Assembly (NCBI GenBank): GCA_035574275.1
Contig: DATLYY010000017.1
Location: 1,057 to 65,056 of the forward strand
DNA: 64,000 bases
Source of the DNA: Verrucomicrobiia bacterium
GTDB lineage: Bacteria > Zixibacteria > MSB-5A5 > DSPP01
Direction: 5' to 3'
Position 1 is the stretch's first letter; every line of letters starts with the position of its first letter. A program made the translations under genes and the position numbers. Below, one piece after another: positions 54,975-64,000 of this stretch. Under the pieces are notes generated by a model. That model was not told where the DNA came from and did no database searches. It worked only from the letters and a program-made list of their open reading frames with translations.

Positions 54975-55016
54975 CTACCCACACTCCTTTTGCCCCTGAT
55001 TGGCCCGGTTTGTTCT

Positions 55017-55697
55017 CTACAGTTCCAGATTGAAGTTTTTGCGCGCCTCGTCGGTCAAAATGGCGGATATCAGCATTGCGGTCGATCTCCGGTACATTTT
55101 CTCAAAGTCCAAACCTTCCCACGGCTTGCCGGTCGATACCTCGCGGCTCGAAAGATGGTCGATGATTTCCATAACCCCCCGGCAATGGGCCCAGAGAATG
55201 ATGGACATCTCCACCGGGTTTGTCTCCCTCCGGAAACTGCCGTCTTCAATTCCTTTGCGTATCACTTCCTGCACCACCCCGCCCAAGCACTGCCCGGACT
55301 CGGCACAGGCTTTTTTCATCTCCTCCGAAACCTGGGCGTGCAACTGGGTGTTTTCGGAAAAGGAAAACATTTTGAAGTAATCGTGATGGCGCTTGTAGAA
55401 GGCGTAATAGGCCTGCCCCAAATTTTCCAAAAGCTTGACGGAACTTTCGCCGGTTGCGGCCGCCTCTTGGAACATTTTCAAAAGGATTTGATGCCCCCGG
55501 CAGATGATGGCCATATACAAATCCTCTTTGCTTTTGTAGTAAAGGTAGAGGGTTCCTTTGGAAAGCTCGGCCCGCTCGGCTATTTCATCCATCGTGGATA
55601 TGGCCAGCCCCTTTTCAAAAAACACCGTTTCCGCCGCGTTCAGAATCTCCTCTTTTCGGTGAAGCTTTTCTCTTTCTTTTCGTTCGGTTATTCCCAT
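55017..55697 (-). CDS. TetR/AcrR-family transcriptional repressor
   Basis: N-terminal HTH (ILNAAETVFFEKGLAISTMDEIAERAELSKGTLYLYYKSKEDLY); AAGGAG RBS; directly upstream of the OMF-MFP-RND genes. Confidence 0.85.
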   Translation of the reverse strand: MGITERKEREKLHRKEEILNAAETVFFEKGLAISTMDEIAERAELSKGTLYLYYKSKEDLYMAIICRGHQILLKMFQEAAATGESSVKLLENLGQAYYAFYKRHHDYFKMFSFSENTQLHAQVSEEMKKACAESGQCLGGVVQEVIRKGIEDGSFRRETNPVEMSIILWAHCRGVMEIIDHLSSREVSTGKPWEGLDFEKMYRRSTAMLISAILTDEARKNFNLEL

Positions 55698-55733
55698 TCC
55701 AGCTCCTTCATTTAGGTCAACCCTTCAGAACCA

Positions 55734-55752
55734 ATGACTGACCGTCAGTCAT
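55734..55752. promoter_or_regulatory. Perfect 9-1-9 inverted repeat ATGACTGAC-C-GTCAGTCAT, candidate TetR-family operator
   Basis: 19-bp palindrome about 37-55 bp upstream of the tetR ATG, inside an AT-rich divergent promoter region (55698-55951). Confidence 0.6.
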
Positions 55753-55951
55753 AAATTACGCTTTAATCTATTGAAAGTTTCGCTTTTGTCAAGAAAAAAA
55801 TCTAAAATCATATAACTTATTGAAAAAATTTGACTTATATCATATTAGTAAGTGTTTTCACATTATCAAATGATTCCCTTAGCGGATTTATTGGCTATCT
55901 TCATGAGCAATTATTTTGAGCTGAATCAATTGTTTCTTTGCTTATATTTCG

Positions 55952-57685
55952 TTGCCGATGAAACGAATCTCCAATCAGGAAGTAGCTCGCATCATCGCCG
56001 AAATCGGCGAATATCTGGATATGGAAGGGGTTCCCTTTAAACCCCGGGCCTACGAAAAAGCGGCCCAGGTAGTTGGCGATTTAGATCAGTCCCTTTCTGA
56101 ACTGTATCAAACCGGCGGGCTTAAGGCCCTCGAACAAATCCCCGGCGTGGGGACCTCAATCGCCAAAAAAATCGAGGAGCTGCTCAAGACCGGCCGTCTC
56201 AAATATTACGACGAACTGAAAAAGAAAATTCCGGTCGATTTGTCGGGCCTGCGCAAAATAGAAGGACTGGGGCCGAAGTCTATCAAAAAATTGTACGAAA
56301 AGCTGGGGGTCAGAACGGTTGCCGACTTGGAGAAAGCGGCTAAAGCAGGGAAAATTTCCAAATTAGAACACTTCGGCGCCAAATCGGAGGAAAACATTCT
56401 TAAAGGACTCGAGTTTTTGAAAAAAGCCACGGGCCGCTTTCTTTTGGGAATGGCCCTGCCCATCGGAAGGAAAATCGAGGCGCGCTTGAAGGGGCTGGAG
56501 GAGGTGGAGCGGGTTACTCTGGCCGGGTCTTTGCGCCGCCGCAAGGAAACCATCGGCGATTTGGATATTTTGGTCGTCTCAAAAAAACCGATGCCGGTGA
56601 TGGATTTCTTCGTCTCGATGCCGGAGGTGGTGCGGGTGACCGCCCACGGAGAGACCAAATCGGCGGTCAAGCTGGAGTCGGGGCTGGATGTCGATTTACG
56701 GGTGGTTCCGGCCGAATCGTACGGCGCCGCTCTGAACTACTTTACCGGCTCCAAGGATCACAACGTCACCCTGCGCGAAATGGCCTTGGCCAAAGGGTGG
56801 AAGCTGAACGAGTACGGGTTGTTCAAAGGGAAAAAGCAGCTCGCCGGCCGAACCGAGGAGGAACTCTACGCCGCTTTGGGGATGGAATACGTTCCGCCGG
56901 AAATGCGGGAAAATACCGGCGAAATTGAACTGGCCAAAAAGCACAAGCTTCCCAAGCTCATCGGTTACGACGACTTACAGGGCGACCTGCAAATCCAGAC
57001 CGACTGGACCGACGGCGCTGACACGATAGAGGCCTACGCCCAAGCCGCCATCGAACGGGGTTTGAAATACATCGCCATCACCGACCACACCAAACGGCTG
57101 GCGATGACCGGCGGGCTGGATGAGAAAAAAATTCGCCGGCAGTGGGCGGAAATCGACCGGGTGCAGAAAAAAATCGGCTCGAAGTTGAAAATCCTGAAGG
57201 GGACCGAGTGCGATATTCTGAAAGACGGAAGTCTGGATTTGGACGACGAAACGCTGGGCCGGCTGAACGTTTGCGGCGTCGCCGTCCATTCCCATTTCGA
57301 TTTGTCGCGGGAGGAGCAAACCAAACGTATCATCCGCGCCATCAATAATCCCAACGTCGATATACTCTTCCACCCCACCGGACGGTTGATTGGGAAACGG
57401 GAGGCGTATGACGTCGATATGGACGCCATTATAAAAGCCGCCAAGGAGACCGGCACCGTTCTGGAAATAGACGCCTTCCCCGACCGGCTGGATTTGAAAG
57501 ATGAGCATATCAAAAAATGCGTGGCCGCCGGGGTGAAGCTGGCCATCGACACGGACGCCCACGCTATCGCCCATCTCGATTTTCTCGAATACGGCATCGC
57601 CCAGGCCCGCCGCGGCTGGGCGGAAAAATCCGACGTCATCAACACCCGCCCGTTGGAGGCGTTATTGAAATTGCTTAAAAAATAG
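55952..57685 (+). CDS. polX: DNA polymerase/3'-5' exonuclease PolX (family X polymerase with a C-terminal PHP domain)
   Basis: N-terminal HhH/8-kDa domain; Pol-beta-like nucleotidyltransferase motif (TLAGSLRRRKETIGDLDILVV); C-terminal PHP histidinol-phosphatase domain (…HTKRLAMTGG…HPTGRLIG…DTDAHA…). Confidence 0.9.
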   Translation: MPMKRISNQEVARIIAEIGEYLDMEGVPFKPRAYEKAAQVVGDLDQSLSELYQTGGLKALEQIPGVGTSIAKKIEELLKTGRLKYYDELKKKIPVDLSGLRKIEGLGPKSIKKLYEKLGVRTVADLEKAAKAGKISKLEHFGAKSEENILKGLEFLKKATGRFLLGMALPIGRKIEARLKGLEEVERVTLAGSLRRRKETIGDLDILVVSKKPMPVMDFFVSMPEVVRVTAHGETKSAVKLESGLDVDLRVVPAESYGAALNYFTGSKDHNVTLREMALAKGWKLNEYGLFKGKKQLAGRTEEELYAALGMEYVPPEMRENTGEIELAKKHKLPKLIGYDDLQGDLQIQTDWTDGADTIEAYAQAAIERGLKYIAITDHTKRLAMTGGLDEKKIRRQWAEIDRVQKKIGSKLKILKGTECDILKDGSLDLDDETLGRLNVCGVAVHSHFDLSREEQTKRIIRAINNPNVDILFHPTGRLIGKREAYDVDMDAIIKAAKETGTVLEIDAFPDRLDLKDEHIKKCVAAGVKLAIDTDAHAIAHLDFLEYGIAQARRGWAEKSDVINTRPLEALLKLLKK

Positions 57686-57809
57686 GCGCACTTTTACATA
57701 AGGGTATTCACTACTCCAACGGCGACGAATTGTTTTTGAATGGACAGATTTATACTTTGCCGTATATGCCTTCGAACGCCGTGATTCGAAAATCCCGTCC
57801 GGTCAGATA

Positions 57810-60599
57810 ATGCTGCATTCTGATACAGAAGCGTTCGACCAGATTCCCATGATGGAGGACCGGAGGGTTCTCGAGGCAATGGCCTCCCGGTTGGAAGGAT
57901 TGACCAAGCAGGAGGTCATCCAGAACCTTGACCGTTTTGGCCGCAACGCCGTCCCCGGGCTCAAGAGAAAGTCCCTTATAAAACGGTTTCTTGCCAATTT
58001 CACCCATCTGATGGCTTTCCTTTTATGGGGGGGTGGGGTTATCGGCTTTGTCGCCGGTATGCCCCAGTTGGGATACGCCATATGGGCCGTCAATCTAATC
58101 AACGGGATCTTCAGCTTCTGGCAGGAGTACAAGGCGGAAAAAGCAACCGAGACCCTGCTCCGATTGCTTCCTGCTTTCGCCCGAATCGTTCGTGAAGGCA
58201 GAGAAGTCCGCGTGCTGGCGGAGGAACTGGTACCGGGGGATATTTTGCTCTTGGCGGAAGGGGAAAAAATCCCGGCCGACGCCCGGCTTCTTTCCGGCTC
58301 GGCGTTGACTGTCGATCAATCAACCCTGACTGGCGAATCCCGACCGGTGCAGAAAACCGGTGATGTTGCCCACCCTCATCAAGACCGCTGGGAGTACCCC
58401 AATTTAATTTTCGCCGGCACCAGTGTCGCGACCGGCAGCGCCCGGGCCGTGGTCATTGCCACAGGCGGTGACACCGAGTTTGGAAAAATTGCCCGGCTGA
58501 CACAAGCCCTACCGGAGGCACCCAGTCCCCTGCAGAAGGAGATGATGTGGGTGACGCGGCTGATCACCCTCTTGGTCGTTGCCATCGGCGCGGTTTTTTG
58601 GGCGGCGGCCACTCTTTTGGCCGGCTTGGAGTTACGGGTAGGATTTGTCTTTGCGATGGGAATGATTGTTGCCTTCGTCCCGGAAGGGCTTCTGCCCACC
58701 GTCACGCTCTCATTGGCCATGGGGGTGCAGCGGATGGCCCGCCGCAACGCCTTGGTCAAGACCCTCTCTTCGGTCGAAACGTTGGGCTCCACCACCGTCA
58801 TCTGCACGGACAAAACCGGCACCTTGACCCAAAACGAAATGACCGTGACCGACTTCTGGGTGGGCGGGCGAAAGTTGAAACTGACCGGCGTGGGCTATCA
58901 TTCTGATGGGCAGGTTCTGGAAGCGGGCCGGCCGGTTTCGGTTCATTTTCAGCCGGATTTGCAGGAGCTGCTCACAGCCGCCAGTTTGTGCAACAATTCA
59001 CGCCTTGTATCCTCGGGAAGTGTCCCGGGGGTCTGGACACCGGTTGGGGAGTCCGGCGAAGCAGCTTTGAGAGTGGCCGCGTTGAAAGCAGGTCTTAACG
59101 GAGAGGAAATTGAACGCCTGTATCCGAGGATTTCGGAAATCCCCTTCGACACCCGCCGGCGGCGAATGACCACCATTCAGCAGGGGCCGGAAGAGCGCAT
59201 CGTCTTCGTCAAAGGTTCCGCCAAAGAACTTTTGACCCTCTGCACCCGCTTCCGGCAGGGAGGCGCGGAAATTACCCTCGATGAAAAAACCCGCCGGGAA
59301 ATTTCTGATGCCGTTGACGGCTACGCCCGGGGCGGTCTGCGGGTTTTGGCCTTCGCCCGGCGTACGCTTCCCGGCTCGCTTTCCGATTTCACCCCTTACC
59401 AGATGGAGCGGGAACTGACCTTTCTGGGGCTGGCCGCCCTTACCGATCCACCCCGAGCGGGGGTGGCAGAGGCCGTGGAAAAATGTCACCGGGCCGGCAT
59501 CCGGCTGGTGATGTTTACCGGGGATTACGAACTCACCGCCGAAGCGGTGGCCCGCAAGATAGGCCTCCTCCGCTCCTCCCGATCCCGGATTTACACGGGG
59601 GGAGAGGTGGCCGAAATGAGCGATGCGGAACTGGCGGAGGTGTTGCGTGCCAACGTGGTCTTCGCCCGTTTTACGCCGGAAGAGAAGCTCCGTTTGGTCG
59701 CCATCCTGCAAACGATGGGGGAGGTGGTCGCCGTTACCGGCGACGGCGTCAATGACGCCCCGGCTTTGAAGAAGGCCGATATCGGCGTGGCAATGGGAAA
59801 ATCCGGCACGGATGTGGCCAGGGAAGCCGCCGATATGGTTCTGGTCGATGACGACTTTGCCTCCATCGTGAATGCGGTGGAAGAGGGGCGCGCGGTTTAC
59901 GCCAATATCCGCAAGTTCATCACCTACATTTTCACCAGCAACGTGGCGGAGGCCTTTCCCTTCATATTTTTCGCGCTTTCCAGCGGGAGGATTCCGTTGG
60001 GCTTGAACGTAATGCAGGTGCTTTCTATCGATTTGGGCACGGACATTATGCCCGCGTTGGCCTTGGGGGCTGAAAAGCCCGAGTCCGGTCTCATGGACCG
60101 GCCGCCCCGGCCGCGGAATCAGCACGTCATTGACAAACCGCTTTTGATCCGGGTTTTTTTCTGGTTGGGGCTGTTCCAGGGGATTACGGCGATGGTCGCT
60201 TTTTATTTCCAGTATTGGCGGAACGGATTTGTCGGGCAGTGGATCGATCTGCCATCGGGAGGAACTTTGTATGCGTCCGCAACGACAATGACGCTGGCTG
60301 CCATCGTGGCCTCTCAAGTCGGTAATCTCTTTACCCAGCGCTCGGAGCGCTTGTCCCTTTTTCGCATGAATCCTTTTACCAACCGCCTTCTGTGGCTGGG
60401 GGTGGGCGTGGAGGTGGTTCTGCTTTTGGCCGTCGTTTATTTACCGCCCTTTCAAAAAGTGTTCGGCACGGCGCCGTTTGCGGCCGCCAATTGGTTTCTG
60501 CTTCTGGCTGCCGTCCCCCTTTTGCCATTAGCGGATGAAGTCAGAAAAGCCGTGGCACGAAGAAAAACAAAAAGTCGGGGTAATGAATCTCTTCACTAA
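57810..60599 (+). CDS. Cation-transporting P-type ATPase (type II, Ca2+/Mg2+-ATPase-like)
   Basis: DKTGTLT phosphorylation motif, TGES actuator motif, TGDGVNDAPALKKADIGVAMG hinge motif, and 10 predicted TM segments; 929 aa. The start could be the downstream Met pair (MMEDRR). Confidence 0.9.
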   Translation: MLHSDTEAFDQIPMMEDRRVLEAMASRLEGLTKQEVIQNLDRFGRNAVPGLKRKSLIKRFLANFTHLMAFLLWGGGVIGFVAGMPQLGYAIWAVNLINGIFSFWQEYKAEKATETLLRLLPAFARIVREGREVRVLAEELVPGDILLLAEGEKIPADARLLSGSALTVDQSTLTGESRPVQKTGDVAHPHQDRWEYPNLIFAGTSVATGSARAVVIATGGDTEFGKIARLTQALPEAPSPLQKEMMWVTRLITLLVVAIGAVFWAAATLLAGLELRVGFVFAMGMIVAFVPEGLLPTVTLSLAMGVQRMARRNALVKTLSSVETLGSTTVICTDKTGTLTQNEMTVTDFWVGGRKLKLTGVGYHSDGQVLEAGRPVSVHFQPDLQELLTAASLCNNSRLVSSGSVPGVWTPVGESGEAALRVAALKAGLNGEEIERLYPRISEIPFDTRRRRMTTIQQGPEERIVFVKGSAKELLTLCTRFRQGGAEITLDEKTRREISDAVDGYARGGLRVLAFARRTLPGSLSDFTPYQMERELTFLGLAALTDPPRAGVAEAVEKCHRAGIRLVMFTGDYELTAEAVARKIGLLRSSRSRIYTGGEVAEMSDAELAEVLRANVVFARFTPEEKLRLVAILQTMGEVVAVTGDGVNDAPALKKADIGVAMGKSGTDVAREAADMVLVDDDFASIVNAVEEGRAVYANIRKFITYIFTSNVAEAFPFIFFALSSGRIPLGLNVMQVLSIDLGTDIMPALALGAEKPESGLMDRPPRPRNQHVIDKPLLIRVFFWLGLFQGITAMVAFYFQYWRNGFVGQWIDLPSGGTLYASATTMTLAAIVASQVGNLFTQRSERLSLFRMNPFTNRLLWLGVGVEVVLLLAVVYLPPFQKVFGTAPFAAANWFLLLAAVPLLPLADEVRKAVARRKTKSRGNESLH

Positions 60600-60677
60600 A
60601 CGAAAGCCGGTCGCCGACGGAGCTTGAATTGCTCCCTTGACTGCCCGAAGACCTTCGCATATGCTCCCTTCTTCCGT

Positions 60678-61394
60678 ATGACCGCAAATCCCGAAGGGAT
60701 TTTTCACATCCACAAAATCTCAAAAATTTACAAAATGGGAGAAGTGGAAATTCACGCCCTGCGGCGGGTCGATTTTGATTTGTACGCCGGCGAATTCGTG
60801 GTGCTTCTGGGCCCCTCCGGCAGCGGCAAATCGACTTTGCTCAACATCCTAGGGGGGCTGGACGTCCCCACCAGCGGCGAGGTTTATTATCTCGATCACA
60901 AACTGACTTCCGCTGACGAACCGGATTTGACCCGCTTCCGCCGGGAGCATGTCGGCTTCGTGTTCCAGTTCTACAACCTGATTCCAAGCTTGACCGCCTT
61001 GGAAAACGTAGCTTTGGTCACGGAAATCTCCCCCCGATCGATGGCCCCGGAAGAAGCCCTGCGGCTGGTCGGGCTGGAAAATCGGATGCACCATTTCCCG
61101 GCCCAGCTTTCCGGCGGGGAACAGCAGCGGGTGGCGATCGCCCGCGCCGTGGCCAAACGTCCGGAGGTGCTGCTCTGTGACGAGCCGACCGGGGCACTGG
61201 ATTTTGCCACGGGGAAAGTCGTGCTCGAAGTTTTGGAAAAGGTGAACCGGGAACTGGGAACCATCACCGTGGTCATCACTCACAACGCCTCCATTGCGCA
61301 AATGGCCGACCGGGTCATCCGCTTGAGCAGCGGGCAAGTGGCCGGCATCCGGAAAAACGAGCGCCGGGCCTCTCCGGCGGAACTGGCCTGGTAG
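60678..61394 (+). CDS. ABC transporter ATP-binding protein (MacB/LolD-type NBD)
   Basis: Start taken at [18 protein letters not shown]; Walker [10 protein letters not shown], signature [14 protein letters not shown], Walker [12 protein letters not shown]. Confidence 0.85.
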   Translation: MTANPEGIFHIHKISKIYKMGEVEIHALRRVDFDLYAGEFVVLLGPSGSGKSTLLNILGGLDVPTSGEVYYLDHKLTSADEPDLTRFRREHVGFVFQFYNLIPSLTALENVALVTEISPRSMAPEEALRLVGLENRMHHFPAQLSGGEQQRVAIARAVAKRPEVLLCDEPTGALDFATGKVVLEVLEKVNRELGTITVVITHNASIAQMADRVIRLSSGQVAGIRKNERRASPAELAW

Positions 61395-61397
61395 CCG

Positions 61398-63761
61398 ATG
61401 GGCGCGCTTGACAGAAAATTGCTGCGGGATCTTGGGCGGCTGCGCGGCCAGTTGATTGCGGTGGCACTCGTGGTCGCCTGCGGCATCGCCGCCTACGTCA
61501 CCATGCGCAGTGCCTACCAGTCGCTGGTGGTCTCGCAGGCCGCCTACTATCAGGAATACCGCTTCGCCAATCTCTTCGCCCATCTCAAGCGGGCCCCGAA
61601 CTCCTTGGCGGAGCGCATCGCCCGAATCCCCGGCGTGGCTCAAGTCCAAACCCGCATCGTTATGGAAGTGAACCTGGACGTTCCCGGACTGGAGCAGCCC
61701 GCCACCGGTCGGATGGTCTCCATTCCAGAAAAAAGAGTTCCGATGTTGAACGATTTGCACCTCCGGGCCGGCCGCTACATCGAGCCGGGCCGCCGCGGGG
61801 AGGTTCTGGCGAGCGAAGCGTTCGCCACGGCCAACGAGTTGAAGGTCGGCGACCGAATCGGTGCGGTTTTGAACGGCCGCTGGGAGGAGCTCCAAATCGT
61901 CGGCATTGCCCTTTCCCCCGAGTACGTCTATGAAATCCGCGGCACGGAGGTCCTGCCGGACAACCGCCGCTTCGGCGTTTTCTGGATGGGGCGGGAGGCG
62001 CTTGCCGCCGCCTTCAACATGGAAGGGGCTTTCAACGATCTGGCTCTGACGCTGGCACCGGGCGCCGTCGAGGCCGAAGTGATCTCCCGACTGGACGCCC
62101 TGCTTTCCCGCTACGGCGGCTTGGGGACCTACAGCCGTTCCGAGCAGATTTCCCACCGTTTTCTTTCGGATGAAATCGCCCAGGACCGGATTACCGGCCT
62201 CTTCGTCCCCTCCATCTTCCTGGCCGTCGCCGCCTTTTTAATCCACATCGTTCTGACCCGTCTGGTCGGCACGCAAAGGCCCCAGATTGGCGTCTTGAAG
62301 GCCTTCGGCTACGGCAACTGGGAAATCGGTGCGCACTACTTGAAGTTCGCTTGGACGGCGGTTTTCGCCGGCACCGTTTTGGGGGTTGCTTTGGGAATCT
62401 GGTTTGGCAAGGAGATCGCCGAACTCTACTCCCTTTATTTTCATTTTCCGGTCCTGCAATTTGTCCCCGATTTCTGGTTGATAGGGTTGGCGATTTTCAC
62501 CAGCGCGGCGTCCGCCGGACTGGGAGCTTTGACTTCCGTGCGTTCCGCCGTGGCGCTGCCGCCGGCCGAAGCGATGCGCCCCCCCGCCCCGGCCCGCTTC
62601 CGTACCGGCTGGGCCGAACGGCTGGGGCTGTCCCGATTTTTCTCCATCCCTGCGCGGATGATTCTGCGCAACTTGGAGCGCCGCCCCTTGAAGGCCTTTC
62701 TTTCTCTTTTGGGCATCGCTTGGGCCGTCGCCATTCTGCTTCTGGGTCGCTACTTTTTCGACGCCGTTGACAAAATCATAGATCTCCAGTTTCGGGCCAT
62801 TCAACGGGAGGATATGACCGTCCTTTTTGCAACACCCCTCCCCGGGCGCGTTCGTTACGAACTGAATCAGCTCGAAGGGGTGCGCAAAACCGAGCCGTTC
62901 CGCGCCGTTCCGGTCCGCCTGCGCTTCGGCCACCGCGCCAAACGGCTCGGGCTTTTCGGCTTGGAGCCGGAGGGAAAGCTGCGGACGCTGCTGGACAAAA
63001 ACGAAAAAAAAGTTTTTCTGCCGCCGGAAGGGCTGGTACTGACCTCCAAGCTGGCGGAAATTTTGGGCGCCGCCCGGGGGGACACGTTGACCCTCGAGGT
63101 TTTGGAAGGGGAGCGCCCCGTGCGCCGGGTTGTTTTGGTCGGTCTCGTGGATGAAATGGTGGGGGTCTCCGCCTATATGGATCGGGCCGCTTTGGGACGC
63201 CTCTTGCGCGAAGAGGGAAACGTTTCCGGTGCCTTTTTAGCGGTCGACCCGCCTGCCGAGCAGGCGTTGTACGCCGAACTGAAAAAGACCCCCGCCGTGG
63301 CGGGTGTCGCCGTCCGCTCCGTGATGCTGGAAAGTTTTCAAAAATCGATCGCTGAAAGTTTGACCGTCACCACCACCGTGCTCATCCTCTTTGCCTGCGT
63401 GATCGCCGTCGCGGTGGTGTACAACAGCGCCCGCATCGCCCTCTCCGAGCGGGGCCGCGAGCTGGCCAGCTTGCGCGTTCTGGGTTTTTCCAAAAAGGAG
63501 ACCGCCTTCATGCTTGTGGGAGAACAGTCCTTTCTGACGATTGCGGCCCTTCCCTTCGGGTTGGTCCTGGGCTATGCCGTCGCCGCCCTTCTTTCAGAGG
63601 TGATGGAATCGGAGCTGTACCGGATGCCTTTGGCCATCAGCGGCCGCTCCTTCGTTTTTTCCATTGCCACGGTCGGCGCGGCCGCGTTTCTTTCCGCTTT
63701 GGTGGTCGTGCGGCTTTTGAACCGGCTGGACTTGGTGTCCGTTTTGAAAACGGGTGAATGA
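61398..63761 (+). CDS. ABC transporter permease with two FtsX-type 4-TM domains and MacB-like periplasmic domains (YbbP-like)
   Basis: 787 aa; N-terminal TM, large periplasmic domain and FtsX module, repeated twice. Confidence 0.85.
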   Translation: MGALDRKLLRDLGRLRGQLIAVALVVACGIAAYVTMRSAYQSLVVSQAAYYQEYRFANLFAHLKRAPNSLAERIARIPGVAQVQTRIVMEVNLDVPGLEQPATGRMVSIPEKRVPMLNDLHLRAGRYIEPGRRGEVLASEAFATANELKVGDRIGAVLNGRWEELQIVGIALSPEYVYEIRGTEVLPDNRRFGVFWMGREALAAAFNMEGAFNDLALTLAPGAVEAEVISRLDALLSRYGGLGTYSRSEQISHRFLSDEIAQDRITGLFVPSIFLAVAAFLIHIVLTRLVGTQRPQIGVLKAFGYGNWEIGAHYLKFAWTAVFAGTVLGVALGIWFGKEIAELYSLYFHFPVLQFVPDFWLIGLAIFTSAASAGLGALTSVRSAVALPPAEAMRPPAPARFRTGWAERLGLSRFFSIPARMILRNLERRPLKAFLSLLGIAWAVAILLLGRYFFDAVDKIIDLQFRAIQREDMTVLFATPLPGRVRYELNQLEGVRKTEPFRAVPVRLRFGHRAKRLGLFGLEPEGKLRTLLDKNEKKVFLPPEGLVLTSKLAEILGAARGDTLTLEVLEGERPVRRVVLVGLVDEMVGVSAYMDRAALGRLLREEGNVSGAFLAVDPPAEQALYAELKKTPAVAGVAVRSVMLESFQKSIAESLTVTTTVLILFACVIAVAVVYNSARIALSERGRELASLRVLGFSKKETAFMLVGEQSFLTIAALPFGLVLGYAVAALLSEVMESELYRMPLAISGRSFVFSIATVGAAAFLSALVVVRLLNRLDLVSVLKTGE

Positions 63762-64000
63762 TGAAAAAAATAAGCGTGCCGAAAATTCTTTTTTTCGCCG
63801 TTTCGCTGGTGGTGACGGCCTTTTTAGTGTACGCGCTGCTCCCCTCCCCGATTTCCGTCGAAACGGCGAAAGTCAAGGTGGGGGTCCTGCGAGTGACCAT
63901 CGACGAGGAAGGAGAGGCCCGCGCCCACGACCACTACACAGTGGCCGCCCCCGTCGCCGGGCGGATGGAGCGCGTGGAATGGCACGACGGGGATGCGGTT
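63758..64000 (+). CDS. HlyD-family periplasmic adaptor (partial, 5' end only)
   Basis: ATG overlaps the permease stop; N-terminal TM (ILFFAVSLVVTAFLVYALL), then …VETAKVKVGVLRVTIDEEGEA…APVAGRMERVEW, the typical start of the MFP biotinyl-lipoyl domain. Truncated by the window end. Confidence 0.6.
   Translation, partial: MMKKISVPKILFFAVSLVVTAFLVYALLPSPISVETAKVKVGVLRVTIDEEGEARAHDHYTVAAPVAGRMERVEWHDGDAV

Noticed and set aside
55698-55951. AT-rich 250-bp island as a possible horizontally acquired fragment
   Set aside because: It is short, it lies exactly between divergent tetR and polX starts, and it contains the operator palindrome and promoter-like hexamers. It is better explained as a divergent regulatory region.
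1-64000. Mobile elements, prophage and CRISPR arrays
   Set aside because: I found no transposase, integrase or recombinase ORFs. There are no direct repeats with regular spacers, no terminal inverted repeats, and no tRNA-adjacent integrase. The tRNA-Asp is flanked by housekeeping genes.

Overview
This is a 64-kb chromosomal window from a GC-rich (roughly 58-62%) Gram-negative bacterium. Several domain types suggest the Fibrobacteres-Chlorobi-Bacteroidetes (FCB) group or a related candidate phylum: a T9SS-type C-terminal sorting domain, CarboxypepD_reg-type repeat proteins, a TonB-dependent receptor with a CarboxypepD_reg N-domain, a DUF3098-like small membrane protein and OmpA with thrombospondin-3 repeats. 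Gene density is high, nearly all large six-frame ORFs can be assigned, and I found no transposase, integrase or CRISPR array.

Content in order:
- 1-13 kb: a lysine-rich-tailed Bcp-type peroxiredoxin, pdxS/pdxT, OmpA-TSP3, mscL with a C-terminal zinc ribbon, an S1 protease with a stand-alone paralogue of its N-domain, tRNA-Asp(GTC), two tandem secreted amidohydrolases and comM.
- 13-33 kb: a large block transcribed on the minus strand. A UDP-sugar 4-epimerase, a sensor kinase and a sigma54-dependent response regulator are followed by a translationally coupled 11-gene operon. That operon encodes ugd, a GT28/MurG-like glycosyltransferase (GT-B fold), two GT4 glycosyltransferases, an MsbA-like ABC exporter, two atypical APH-fold kinases, a DUF5666-like periplasmic protein, an outer-membrane beta-barrel carrying the same domain, and two paralogous CarboxypepD-repeat surface proteins. 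One surface protein ends in a T9SS CTD and the other in a dockerin-like module. This is the most plausible candidate for an undescribed surface-glycan and cargo-attachment system.
- 33-49 kb: phosphate-acquisition genes. They comprise phoB/phoR-like genes, an orphan OmpR-family regulator, a TonB-dependent receptor, a dockerin-tailed secreted protein, an OprO/P-like porin, pstSCAB-phoU and a convergent pit-DUF47 pair. A conserved 19-nt TTAACA-type direct-repeat motif lies upstream of two of these units.
- 49-64 kb: a TetR-controlled RND tripartite efflux operon with a perfect operator palindrome, polX, a P-type cation ATPase, and an ABC/FtsX/HlyD exporter that is cut at the window end.

Feature coordinates derived from hand counting may be off by 1-2 nt.
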